Origin: Acidobacteriota bacterium
Lineage (GTDB): Bacteria; Acidobacteriota; UBA6911; RPQK01; JAJDTT01
NCBI GenBank assembly: GCA_965217775.1
Contig: CBDCJH010000002.1
Location: 5,152,001 to 5,216,000, forward strand
Length of the DNA: 64,000 nucleotides
Direction: 5' to 3'
Part shown: in pieces, positions 19,900-28,986 of the stretch
How positions within the stretch are numbered: the first letter of the stretch is position 1
Layout: every line of letters starts with the position of its first letter
Notes under the pieces: generated by a model
The model's database searches: none
What the model saw: only the letters and a program-made list of their open reading frames with translations
Told to the model about the DNA's origin: nothing
Program-made: the position numbers and the translations under genes

Positions 19900-19915
19900 T
19901 TTTGTATCTACAAAA
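19900..19915. promoter_or_regulatory. mazEF operator palindrome
   Basis: TTTTGTA-TC-TACAAAA directly upstream of the mazE RBS. Confidence 0.6.
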
Positions 19916-19979
19916 AATATCTTTTCCCGTGGTGTGATCAAGGCTCATCCGTGGAACGTTGAAGGGCCGGATCGCCCCC

Positions 19980-21494
19980 TCACTTGAACCGGAAGGAATA
20001 GATATCCGCATCCTTCATGACGAAGCGGAGCCGGATCGGCCTTTCCGCCAGACGGTCGAATCTCATGGGGTCGGTGGGGAGAAAACCCGGGCGGCTCCAC
20101 CGGATCCTTCTCTGAATGTGATCGCCGAAGATGACCGGCGATTCCTCCAGCGTGAAACCCGGAATGGGCTGCCCGTCCGCGTCCTGGACCTCGATTCGGA
20201 TGCTGCCCACGGCCGACGTCGAGAAGTTGAGGACCAGATCCCGGCCCTCGAATCGGAATGGCTTGGTGACGAATTCACCCCCGGAGTAGGGCGCTTTGAT
20301 GGAAGTAAAGCCGTCGGTGCGCAAGACGAAACGTTCCAGGTATGTGGACGGATAGGTGTAGTTGCGGGACGTGTAGATCGAAATCTCATCCGGGGCGGTG
20401 GGAACCACGCCCACGGCCGTGCTGTTGGTTCGGTGGATCCAGTTTCGTTCCTGCCGTCCCGGCCGGATGAAGGCCTCCGGAAAGGGGTTCCAGTCGATCC
20501 CGTCACGGCTGATCATGAAAACGGTCTCCGAAATGCCGGGCCGGGGAGCATCGTCGTGGATCTGCCGCAAGGGCTGGAAGCGCTTGGGAAAACCCAAGTA
20601 GATGTGAGGGGCCCGAAAATAGGGCGTGGCCGCGTTGGTGTAGAGGTGGTCCACGGGCCGGGCCTTGCCGTTGAAGGTGCAGGGGACCGGCTCGGTCCAG
20701 TTGAGAAGGTCCTTGGATGTGGTCCGGGCGAAGGTGCGCACGTCCTGGAGCATGTACCGGAAGTAGAAGACGTACTGTTGCTCCCACTCGGACCAGAAGA
20801 GGACGTTGACGGAGTCGAAGGCGTTGGGCAACGAGGTGACGAAGAGGGGGTCCTCCCGCCACTTCTTCCAGTGGAGCCCGTCGGGCGAGACCCAGAGCAC
20901 CAGGCCGATGGAGCGTTCGTTGGCCTGACCGAATCGGGGATTGATGCCCACTCCGCCCGGTGACTTGAAGCGGATCGCCGGGTCGACTCCCGGCCGGGTA
21001 TCCAGCAGGGGCGCTCCCCCAGCGTGGTCGGTGACGATGTTGTTTTCGGTGGATCCGTTGAACTCGTAGAGGCCCAGATTGGGCCGCGTCCACTGGATTC
21101 CGTCCCGGCTCTCGGCATAGCAGAGGAAGTTGGGATGCGGAGGCGTGAGTTTCTCGTCCGGTCTCAGTCCGGCCTTCCTGGCGTAGGTCGGATCGGTGCG
21201 ACCCATGTAGTACATCCGGAAGAGGTCGCCGTCCTTGAAGACGCTCAATTGCCAACTGGTGTTCCCCTCCCAGGGACGATCGAATTCCATGACTGTGCCG
21301 CCGGACCAGGGTGAGTGAGGGCGGATCTCCACACCCTTCATCTCGGCGATCAGATAGTCGTCCGCGAACAGCTCCAGTCGGGAACCGATGTCAACGGCTT
21401 CCATGGAAGTGGCCTCCGCCCCCGAAAGCAGGTGACCGGTCCAGGCCGTGGAACCGGCCAGCAGCATCAAGACTCGAAACCAGGATACGCGCAT
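19980..21494 (-). CDS. Secreted glycoside hydrolase-like beta-propeller protein
   Basis: Signal peptide; repeated Asp-box-like S-x-DG-x-x-W motifs (SRDGIQW, SPDGLHW, SKDLLNW, SRDGIDW); LRTDGF. Confidence 0.7.
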   Translation of the reverse strand: MRVSWFRVLMLLAGSTAWTGHLLSGAEATSMEAVDIGSRLELFADDYLIAEMKGVEIRPHSPWSGGTVMEFDRPWEGNTSWQLSVFKDGDLFRMYYMGRTDPTYARKAGLRPDEKLTPPHPNFLCYAESRDGIQWTRPNLGLYEFNGSTENNIVTDHAGGAPLLDTRPGVDPAIRFKSPGGVGINPRFGQANERSIGLVLWVSPDGLHWKKWREDPLFVTSLPNAFDSVNVLFWSEWEQQYVFYFRYMLQDVRTFARTTSKDLLNWTEPVPCTFNGKARPVDHLYTNAATPYFRAPHIYLGFPKRFQPLRQIHDDAPRPGISETVFMISRDGIDWNPFPEAFIRPGRQERNWIHRTNSTAVGVVPTAPDEISIYTSRNYTYPSTYLERFVLRTDGFTSIKAPYSGGEFVTKPFRFEGRDLVLNFSTSAVGSIRIEVQDADGQPIPGFTLEESPVIFGDHIQRRIRWSRPGFLPTDPMRFDRLAERPIRLRFVMKDADIYSFRFK

Positions 21495-21646
21495 GATTCA
21501 CTCCTCGGTCGCAATTAGAACCGGTGTCTCGCAGGTTGTCACGTGGATGCGAAGAAATCCGATCGTGTTCGTATTGAAAACTCAATCGAGTGAGGATACG
21601 TTTCCTAACGATTCTCGCCAAGGGCTGCCAATAGGAGGGGTCGTGA

Positions 21647-22711
21647 ATGAGTCGGCATAAGGAATTCGATTTCGACAGCTTGCCCGAGGGCAGCAAGGAC
21701 TTCTACGAGCTGCGGTTGAAGGCACCGGATCTGACCCGTCTGACCGACGTCGTTCGGATGACCTGCGGCGACACGATTTCCCCGAACGCGATTTCTGACG
21801 CCATTGCGGCGCGGTTGGATGCCGGTTCGCTGTTGATCCCAGTCCTGGCGGTGAAAGGCGCCGGCCAGGGAAAGACTCTGGTGGCGACGGCCGGAGTTCA
21901 TGGGGACGAATACGAGGGCATGGAAGCCATCTTTCGCATCTTCGAAGCCCTCGACCCTTCCAACCTGTCCGGGACCTTCGTCGCGGTGCCGGTAGTGACG
22001 CTTCCGGCGTTCTGGCAGGCGACGCGGGCGAATCCTGTAGACGGCCTCAACATGGCCCGTATCTTTCCCGGGTCCCCTTCGGGGAGCATGAGCGAGCGGC
22101 TGGCCGCTCTGATGCTGGAGAAGGTCTTCCGGCATGCCGACCTCTACATCGACCTGCACAGCGCGGGCCGGAACAACGCCATGATGACTCTGGTCGGCTA
22201 CGCGGCCCTGGGCCGGCAGGCCGAGACGGCCCGGGCGGCGGCGGAGTGCTTCGGAGCCCCCATGATCTGGGAGCATCCCAAGGTCTCTCCCGGCCGCACG
22301 TTGACGGAGACCCTGAAATTGGAGATTCCGTCCCTCTACACCGAGGCGCGGGGAGGGGGCCGTGCCCATCCCGACGACGTGGATTGCTACACTCGGGGGC
22401 TTGCCAATCTGCTGGCGTTTCTCGATATGGCGCAACTCCCCGCTGCCGGCCTGGAAGCGGACTACGAGCCGCTGCGGCTCTGCGGCGACGGCGACGTGGA
22501 CGTCTCCATGAAGTCTCAGAGCAGCGGGCTCTTCTTCTCAGGCGCCCGTGTGGGGATGCGGGTTCGCGAAGGGGATCTGCTGGGAATGATCCGGGACCTG
22601 GACGGAACGCCGTTGGAGGAAGTCCGGAGTCCTCAGGACGGGGTCCTGGTGATGATCCGGACCAATCCCCGCATCTTCGCCGGTGAGGTCCTCCTGGTCA
22701 TCAACGCCTGA
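21647..22711 (+). CDS. Succinylglutamate desuccinylase/aspartoacylase (M14) family protein
   Basis: AGVHGDEYEG, NMARIFPG, IDLHS and C-terminal hybrid-motif domain. Confidence 0.88.
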   Translation: MSRHKEFDFDSLPEGSKDFYELRLKAPDLTRLTDVVRMTCGDTISPNAISDAIAARLDAGSLLIPVLAVKGAGQGKTLVATAGVHGDEYEGMEAIFRIFEALDPSNLSGTFVAVPVVTLPAFWQATRANPVDGLNMARIFPGSPSGSMSERLAALMLEKVFRHADLYIDLHSAGRNNAMMTLVGYAALGRQAETARAAAECFGAPMIWEHPKVSPGRTLTETLKLEIPSLYTEARGGGRAHPDDVDCYTRGLANLLAFLDMAQLPAAGLEADYEPLRLCGDGDVDVSMKSQSSGLFFSGARVGMRVREGDLLGMIRDLDGTPLEEVRSPQDGVLVMIRTNPRIFAGEVLLVINA

Positions 22712-23029
22712 GCCGGCTCCATCACCGCATCCGTTCCTCTTAATGTCCGGTGGGACGGTTCAGTCCAGCCTCTTGATCTTGAGATTCCGGAACCAGACCG
22801 GATCGCTGTGGTCCTGAAGGACGATGTGGCCCACGTCGGCGAGCCCATAGTGGGGGAAATCCTTGAACTTGCTGGCGGCCACCCTCTGTTTCCAGTCCTC
22901 GCTGCGCAGTTCGTACTCCACGATCTTCTCGCCGTTCATCCAGTGCTCCACGTGGTTGCCGTGGGCGACGATTCCCACCTGGTTCCACTCGCCGGCCTTT
23001 CGAGCCACGTCCTTCGAGGGAGGATGAAG
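22481..23029 (+). repeat. ~550-bp diverged direct repeat, copy 1 (3' ends of M14 and DUF1080 genes)
   Basis: Aligns by eye with 24136-24686, with scattered substitutions. Confidence 0.9.
22760..23029 (-). pseudogene. 3' fragment of a DUF1080 gene
   Basis: LHPPSKDV...LQDHSDPVWFRNLKIKRLD, nearly identical to the C-terminus of 24416..25150; cut at junction repeat 5. Confidence 0.88.
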
Positions 23030-23031
23030 CA

Positions 23032-23056
23032 GAAAAAAGTGACTGCCCCCTTCTCG
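23032..23056 (+). repeat. Junction repeat, copy 5
   Basis: GAAAAAAGTGACTGCCCCCTTCTCG. Confidence 0.8.
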
Positions 23057-23140
23057 AAGCCAGAGCGCCACCAAACATATGACTTGGGGATAGATCCTTG
23101 TAGGATGGGCGCCGATTTTCCGTTAATCTGATAAAGGTCA

Positions 23141-23550
23141 ATGTCGCTAGGCGTGGTCGTCAAGGGCCCCGAGGCGTTAGTACTGGCAGCGGATACTCGA
23201 GTGACTGTTACTGGTCGACATCGTAATGGTCCTGAGATACCTGTCAACTTCGACGATTTGACCCTAACCTGCTTGAATTGCTGCGTCAGCGATTCAATCT
23301 GTCAGATTCTCAGACTCGGGAGTTTGCGAACGCTCTCAGACTAAATCTGGAGTACGCGATACCCTATAGCGTACTTCCGCTTCAGGCCTGCGTCGATCTC
23401 GCGACCTTCCTGATCAGAACCACGATGACTGCCCAAAGTCTTGCCGTTGGATTACGAGGTGTCGGTGGTGCCATCAACGTAGCGACGATAACCTGAAGAG
23501 ACGGCCTGAAGTGGGTCCAGAAAAAAAGAATACGCGGAGAGAATCGCCAT
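23141..23550 (+). pseudogene. Degraded Ntn-hydrolase/proteasome-beta-like gene
   Basis: N-terminus MSLGVVVKGPEALVLAADTRVT and C-terminus LPLQACVDLATFLIRTT...GVGGAINVATIT lie in different frames with the middle apparently missing; TGA at 23494. Confidence 0.55.
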
Positions 23551-23866
23551 GTCAGACCAAACTTCGACCACTAGCATGAAAAGCTGGATGCGTTCTGGGT
23601 GGAGGATTCTTCCTGGTAACGTCCTCGCAGAAAGTGAAGCGTTGATACCCCCTGCGCCTGCGGCGACCATGGACATATTCGATGAACGAGATAAATCGGA
23701 AAATCCGCTGCAAGAGAAACACGACTCCAATTGCGATTGGGAACTCTTGGAAGATCTGGCCGATGCACAAAAAGCGTTGGAAGAGTACGAAGCTGTAGGT
23801 ATAGAGGGCACTATCCCTTACAGCGAGTACCGAGCAAAGCGACTTGGTTCGAAATACCGAGTATGA
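23549..23866 (+). CDS. Putative antitoxin of the RelE/ParE pair
   Basis: Acidic C-terminus ELLEDLADAQKALEEY...TIPYSEY, overlapping the toxin start; start codon uncertain. Confidence 0.6.
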   Translation: MSDQTSTTSMKSWMRSGWRILPGNVLAESEALIPPAPAATMDIFDERDKSENPLQEKHDSNCDWELLEDLADAQKALEEYEAVGIEGTIPYSEYRAKRLGSKYRV

Positions 23867-24111
23867 CGTTCGCCTAACCCCTCATGCCGAGCGCGATCTT
23901 CAGCGCCTGTCCGCTACGGACTTTCGTCGAGTCGATGAGCGCATCGTATCCTTGGCGCAAGACCCGCGTCCCCACGGTGTTCGAAAACTTTGGAAAAAGG
24001 CCCATCGGTTACGCGTCGGTCCGTGGAGAATCATCTGCATCATCGATGACTCCAATGGGGATCGTTCTGGTAAACAAGGTCGTCCGCCGAGAGAAAAATA
24101 CCTACCGCTGA
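23844..24111 (+). pseudogene. RelE/ParE toxin, frameshifted
   Basis: YDVRLTPHAERDLQRL...DPRPHGVRKL...RLRVGPWRII; the C-terminus IVLVNKVVRREKNTYR is in another frame after GGGG at 24057-24060. Confidence 0.78.
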
Positions 24112-24135
24112 ATTGACCACGTAAAGGCGGGGCTT

Positions 24136-24686
24136 TGCGGCGACGGCGACGTGGATGTCTCCATGCGGTCCGGATGCAGCGGACTTTTCTTCTCGGCCGC
24201 CCGCCTGGGCATGCGGGTCCGGCGCGGGCAGGTGCTGGGAATGATTCGGGATCTGGACGGTACGCCCTTGCAGGAAGTCCGGAGTTCTCAGGATGGGGTG
24301 CTGGTGATGTTCCGAACCAATCCCCGCATCTTCGCCGGCGAGGTTCTGCTGGTCGTCAACGCCTGATCCGGCGCCTCGACCGCGGCCGTTCCTCTTTTGT
24401 GTTCGAAGGGACGGTTCAGTCCAACTTTCTGATCTTGATGTTCCGGAACCAGACCGGATCGCTGTGGTCCTGCAGGACGATGTGACCCACGTCGGCGAGC
24501 CCGTAGTGGGGGAGATCCTTGAACTTGCTGGCGGCCACCTTCTGTTTCCAGTCCTCGCTGCGCAGTTCGTACTCAACGATCTTCTCGCCGTTCATCCAGT
24601 GCTCCACGTGGTTGCCGTTGGCGACGATTCCCACCTGGTTCCACTCGCCGGCCTTTCGAACCACATCCTTCGAGGGGGGATGAAGA
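24136..24686 (+). repeat. ~550-bp diverged direct repeat, copy 2 (includes orphan M14 3' fragment 24136-24366)
   Basis: CGDGDVDVSM...RTNPRIFAGEVLLVVNA duplicates the C-terminus of 21647..22711. Confidence 0.9.
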
Positions 24687-25150
24687 GCGTAGTTGGCGCC
24701 GGCGCTGGTCTCCCGCTTGGCACCGTCGCGGTGGCCGGCATCGTCCAGAACCTGCATCTCCGGTCCCGTGAACCAGAGGCTTTCGAACTCCTCGCTGGCC
24801 CGAAAGAAAATGCCGCTGTTGCCGGCCTCCAGGACCTTCCATTCCAGCCGCAAATCGAAGTTGCCGTACTCTTCCCGGGTGATGATGTCCCCGGCCCGGA
24901 CCTTTCCGGTGTAGTGGATGGAGTCGTCGTTGACTTCCCACCCTTTCGGAACCTCCTGGCTCCTGAAACCTCGCCACTGATCCAGGTTCTTGCCGTCGAA
25001 GAGCAACGTCCAACCTTCGGCACGCTCCTCGTCGGTCAGGGTGTTCAACATCGGGGCCGCCTCCTCCTCCATCGCCGGCTCGGAGTCGGGTACGGCGCAG
25101 GAGGCGAAGCAGACCAATATTCCCGATAGCAGGGTTTTCGTTCTTGTCAT
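24416..25150 (-). CDS. DUF1080 (3-keto-disaccharide hydrolase-like) lipoprotein
   Basis: Lipobox-like FASC, GWTLLFDGK, GNSGIFF, EMQVLDD, GEWN, LQDH; GGAG RBS before ATG 25150. Confidence 0.9.
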   Translation of the reverse strand: MTRTKTLLSGILVCFASCAVPDSEPAMEEEAAPMLNTLTDEERAEGWTLLFDGKNLDQWRGFRSQEVPKGWEVNDDSIHYTGKVRAGDIITREEYGNFDLRLEWKVLEAGNSGIFFRASEEFESLWFTGPEMQVLDDAGHRDGAKRETSAGANYALHPPSKDVVRKAGEWNQVGIVANGNHVEHWMNGEKIVEYELRSEDWKQKVAASKFKDLPHYGLADVGHIVLQDHSDPVWFRNIKIRKLD

Positions 25151-25185
25151 GATGGTCTCCATCAAGGTCCGGAATGAAAGGGACT

Positions 25186-26037
25186 TCACACCCGGACGAA
25201 TTTGGTCAGGCCGCCGTTGACGCCCACCTCGCCGACGTAGATGTCGCCGCGGCTGTCCCCCCAAATGGCGTGGGGAGAGCCTGGGAATTGCCCTGGACCG
25301 TCCCCCTTTTCGCCCCAACGGGAGAGCAGTCGGCCGTCCCGGTCGAGGACGCTGACGCGCTGACGGAGTTCGGCAACGAAAACGGTCTCGTCCGGATCGA
25401 ACCAGACGAAGTCGGGCCCATATGGATCGGCCCACTCCCTCAGGTAGATTCCCTCGCCGTCGAAGATCTGAATCCGGTTGTTGGAGCGGTCGCAGACATA
25501 GACCAGGTATTCGGAATCGACCCAGACGTCATGAACCAGGTCGAATTGCCCGGGTCCCGTGCCCGGCTCGCCCCAACTCTTCAGGAGCACGCCGTCCGGT
25601 GAGAACTTGTGCACTTTGGCGTTGCCGTATCCGTCGCTGACGAACAGGCAACCGTCGGGGGCGATGGCCAGATTCGTGGGCAGGTTGAAAGGCACGCCTG
25701 GAGGACGGGGTACGCCAGGGGTGCCCAGGGTCCACTGCAACTCTCCGTCTGAGGTGAGTTTGTGGACACAGTGGCCTTGCCACTCGGTGCAGTAGAGGTT
25801 GTCTGCCGCATCGATGCGGAGGCCGTGAGCGTTGTGCAACAGATCCTCCCCCCAGGAGGTGAGGAAGTTTCCGTCCCGGTCGAAGACGACCATGGGGTGC
25901 TCGCTTCGGCTGTACACGTAGACTCGGTCCCGGCTGTCGACGGCGATGGCGGGAATCCAGCCGAAGGTCCAACCCGGCGGGAGCTTGGCCCAATCGCGCA
26001 CCGGTTCGTACTGATAGTCACCCTGTCCCACTCGCAT
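25186..26037 (-). CDS. NHL-repeat protein (peptidylglycine amidating lyase-like)
   Basis: Repeated NHL units; VSDGYGNAKVHKF, WGEPGTGPGQF, CDRSNNRIQIFD. Confidence 0.85.
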   Translation of the reverse strand: MRVGQGDYQYEPVRDWAKLPPGWTFGWIPAIAVDSRDRVYVYSRSEHPMVVFDRDGNFLTSWGEDLLHNAHGLRIDAADNLYCTEWQGHCVHKLTSDGELQWTLGTPGVPRPPGVPFNLPTNLAIAPDGCLFVSDGYGNAKVHKFSPDGVLLKSWGEPGTGPGQFDLVHDVWVDSEYLVYVCDRSNNRIQIFDGEGIYLREWADPYGPDFVWFDPDETVFVAELRQRVSVLDRDGRLLSRWGEKGDGPGQFPGSPHAIWGDSRGDIYVGEVGVNGGLTKFVRV

Positions 26038-26186
26038 CCGGTCTCCTTACTGATTGGAGTGGAATTGGAACACCCGGACCTACCCCTGTCAACCGGCGGG
26101 CGTTCCGTATTTCCCACGTTGCTCTGAAAGTCAAAGGCGACTCCGCCTGGATCTTCTCGGAGCATTTCCTTGAAGGTGGAGATCAG

Positions 26187-26294
26187 CTACGGGTCGGCCA
26201 GCAGCCGCAGGAGAACGTCCCTGGAAATCAGAGCCATGTCCTGTCTCCGTTCCAGAAATGGCGAAACGTCCCGAAGAGCCTGTTCCCAGTCAAT
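26187..26294 (-). pseudogene. C-terminal remnant resembling an AbiEii nucleotidyltransferase toxin
   Basis: Reads IDWEQALRDVSPFLERRQDMALISRDVLLRLLADP*, preceded by an in-frame stop. Confidence 0.4.
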
Positions 26295-26453
26295 TTACTG
26301 CAACGAAATACGATCAGAGACAAATACGTTGAAGTTTCTCCCAATTGATATTAACCTTTGTTGTCGGCGGCCGGATCTGATGAATCGACCGTCGAGAGAA
26401 GCACTTCGGAGACCAAGGCGCAACCGAGCGCCAAAGCTCAGAAAGGATGAATC

Positions 26454-26780
26454 ATGAGAAAACCCGTATTCGCAATCGCCTATGTCGTCGTTCTGTTGGC
26501 TGGAGCGGGACTTGTCCTGGGCGCCCACCACGTCAAGACCCTCAAGGGTGAAGGCACCTGCGCCAAGTGCGGCTTGGGCGAAACGGCTTCCTGTCAGAAT
26601 GCCATCCAGGTGAAGAAGGATGGGAAGACCGTCACCTATTACATGGTCCACAACGACGTTGCCAAGAAGTTTCATGGCAACGTCTGCCAGGGCAGCAAGA
26701 GCATCAAGGCCAAGGGCACCGTGGCCAAAGAGGGCGGAAAGATGATGCTGACCGCCTCCTCGATCAAGGTGGTCGAATAG
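26454..26780 (+). CDS. Small secreted Cys/His protein (DUF6370-like)
   Basis: Signal peptide; GEGTCAKC...CQNAI...FHGNVC. Confidence 0.75.
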   Translation: MRKPVFAIAYVVVLLAGAGLVLGAHHVKTLKGEGTCAKCGLGETASCQNAIQVKKDGKTVTYYMVHNDVAKKFHGNVCQGSKSIKAKGTVAKEGGKMMLTASSIKVVE

Positions 26781-26820
26781 AGGGGTTCACCCTCCACGGC
26801 TCGCAATCTCGCATTCTCAC

Positions 26821-26853
26821 GTCAGTCCGACACTCTACCGGAGTCGGACTGGC
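26821..26853 (+). terminator. Hairpin downstream of the small secreted protein
   Basis: GTCAGTCCGAC...GTCGGACTGGC inverted repeat; no U-tract. Confidence 0.4.
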
Positions 26854-26961
26854 GTGGATCGTGCGGGCTCTTGAGCCTCGTTCCCTATCTTTCAGGCGAC
26901 GCAGGAATCGGGCGGCTTTTGCCAGTCGCCCGAATGAGCCGTAGCCGAAGGCTCATCTCCC

Positions 26962-27228
26962 ATGTCTGCCCCTGCCAAGCTCCTGGTCCTGCTTGGTGTA
27001 GCTCTTTTTGTGGGCTACCTCCTGTATTCCAGTCTGAGTCTCCGCAAGTTCAGTTGCGAGGTCTGTGTCGAATTCCGAGGCCGGACCGTTTGCCGCACGG
27101 CGGCCGGGGCGACTCGGGAAGAAGCCCAGAGAACGGCTGTAGAGCTCGCCTGCGCCGTCTTGGCCTCGGGCCGGACGGAGAGCATGCGCTGTAACGAGAC
27201 GCCACCGAAGAGCATTCGCTGGAAGTGA
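26962..27228 (+). CDS. Small membrane-anchored Cys-rich protein
   Basis: N-terminal TM helix; CEVC, C, C, C pattern. Confidence 0.7.
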   Translation: MSAPAKLLVLLGVALFVGYLLYSSLSLRKFSCEVCVEFRGRTVCRTAAGATREEAQRTAVELACAVLASGRTESMRCNETPPKSIRWK

Positions 27229-27275
27229 GGTCCAATCTCTAATTTCCCTCGGCTTTCGAATCTGGCGGGAACACA

Positions 27276-27662
27276 ATGCACGTAGAAGTCCGAAACCTGG
27301 AGGATGTCATCCTCGTCGACATGGAAGGCCGCTTGGTGGCAGGCGTCGGGGATCAGATGCTTCGGGAGGTCATGGATGAGTTGATCGCCGAGGGGTGGCA
27401 GAAGATCCTGTTGAATCTCTCCGGCGTCTCCTGGATCGACAGTTCCGGCATCGGCGAACTGGTTGCAGGAATCAGGCTGGCCAAGCGTTTCAACTGCTCG
27501 GTGAAGCTGCTGAGAGCGGGCGACCGGGTCAAGCACGTCCTCTCTCTCAGCCAGCTCCTGCCCCTGCTGGAAATCTACGAAACCGAGGAGGAGGCCCTGG
27601 ACCGGTTTCGCGCTGAAAACCCGTCTCCTCCGCCGGAAGGGACCGGTTCAGACCGGCAGTGA
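27276..27662 (+). CDS. STAS-domain anti-sigma factor antagonist
   Basis: LLNLSGVSWIDSSGIGELV phosphorylation motif. Confidence 0.9.
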   Translation: MHVEVRNLEDVILVDMEGRLVAGVGDQMLREVMDELIAEGWQKILLNLSGVSWIDSSGIGELVAGIRLAKRFNCSVKLLRAGDRVKHVLSLSQLLPLLEIYETEEEALDRFRAENPSPPPEGTGSDRQ

Positions 27663-28850
27663 GTCGCCGGGTGCCAGGATGGGAGGGGAGCAGGACACGG
27701 ACTCGGGGTATTTGAGTCCGGATCCGGTGTTGAGAAGAAGCACCCTCTCGCCGGGCCGGATCCAACCCGATTGACTCAGTTTCCGCGCCGCGGCCAGAGT
27801 GGCCGCCCCCTCCGGACAGATGAATGTTCCCTCGCTGCGGGCCAGCAGCCGTTGTGCCTGAAGGATCTCCTCGTCCGAGGTCTCGACGGCGCAGCCGCCG
27901 GTGTCGTACAGAGCGTCCAGAACCAGGAAGTCTCCCAGGGCTTTCGGGACCGTGATTCCGAAGGCCACGGTCCGGGCGTCCGCCCAGAACTCCGATTCCC
28001 GGCGGCCCGACTCCCAGGCGCGGACGATGGGAGCGCATCCGCTGGACTGGACCGACACCATTCGAGGAAAAGGCTGATCCAGCCATCCCAGCTCCCGTAG
28101 TTCCCGGAAGACTTTGTGGATGCCGATGAGCCCCACGCCGCCCCCGGTGGGGTAGACGATCACGTCCGGGAGCTGCCACTGGAACTGCTCTGCCAACTCC
28201 AGTCCCATGGTCTTCTTGCCCTCGATCCGGTAGGGCTCCTTCAGGGTCGAGGCGTCATACCAGCCGTGCCGCTCCACCCCGCCGGCCACCTGCTTCCCTG
28301 CGTCGCTGATCAGGCCGTCCACCAGGTAGAAGGTGGCGCCCGTCACGGCGCACTCCTTGCGGTGGATCAAGGGAGCGTCCGTGGGCATGACGATGACGCA
28401 TTCGATGCCGGCGGCAGCGCTGTAGGCCGCCCATGCGGCGCCGGCGTTGCCGTTGGTGGGCATGGCCAGGGCTTCGACCCCAAGCTCCCGGGCTCGAGAG
28501 ACGCCGACGGCGGCGCCCCGGGCCTTGAAGGTCCCGGTCGGCAGCAGGCCTTCATCCTTCATGTAGAGCCTGGAAAGCCCGACCCGGGCACCGGCCCGGT
28601 GCAATCTCAACAGCGGTGTCATCTGCTCTCCCAGGGAAACCCGCGCGTCGGGTTCGCGGAGGGGAAGCAGTTCCCGATACCGCCAGAGGCTCTGCTCACG
28701 TCCTCCGAATTCCGCCGGGTGCACCGTCTCCCGAACCCGATTCAGGTCGTAGCGAACCAGGAGCGGTCCGCCGCAGCCGCAGAGATGGGCCGGCTTCTCG
28801 CAATCGTGGGTGGCCTCGCAGCGTGCGCACTCCAAATGGGTAAAGAACAT
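27648..28850 (-). CDS. thrC: Threonine synthase
   Basis: N-terminal zinc-ribbon Cys motifs, PTGTFKARG, PTNGNAG, EPYRIEGKKTM, YPTGGG, NTGSGLKY. Confidence 0.9.
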   Translation of the reverse strand: MFFTHLECARCEATHDCEKPAHLCGCGGPLLVRYDLNRVRETVHPAEFGGREQSLWRYRELLPLREPDARVSLGEQMTPLLRLHRAGARVGLSRLYMKDEGLLPTGTFKARGAAVGVSRARELGVEALAMPTNGNAGAAWAAYSAAAGIECVIVMPTDAPLIHRKECAVTGATFYLVDGLISDAGKQVAGGVERHGWYDASTLKEPYRIEGKKTMGLELAEQFQWQLPDVIVYPTGGGVGLIGIHKVFRELRELGWLDQPFPRMVSVQSSGCAPIVRAWESGRRESEFWADARTVAFGITVPKALGDFLVLDALYDTGGCAVETSDEEILQAQRLLARSEGTFICPEGAATLAAARKLSQSGWIRPGERVLLLNTGSGLKYPESVSCSPPILAPGDSLPV

Positions 28851-28986
28851 GGATCTCTTCTACCTCCACGAGCCAGGGACCCCGGCCCCGGCCCCGAGAC
28901 ATTATAATTGGACTCTATGGCTGGCGATTCCAGTTCCCTCGATAATCGTAGATCGCTCTGGTCGCCGCCCGTAAGGAGCAGGTGAG

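Noticed and set aside
16908-23056. CRISPR array or integron attC array
   Set aside because: Repeat spacing is 0.7-3.8 kb and irregular; no cas or intI genes; no RYYYAAC...GTTRRRY attC structure.
22481-24686. DGR template/variable repeat pair
   Set aside because: Differences are not adenine-restricted, the repeat spans two convergent gene ends and it is far longer than a typical TR.
16019-26300. Prophage or integrative element at tRNA-Phe
   Set aside because: No integrase, phage structural genes or duplicated tRNA 3' end found.
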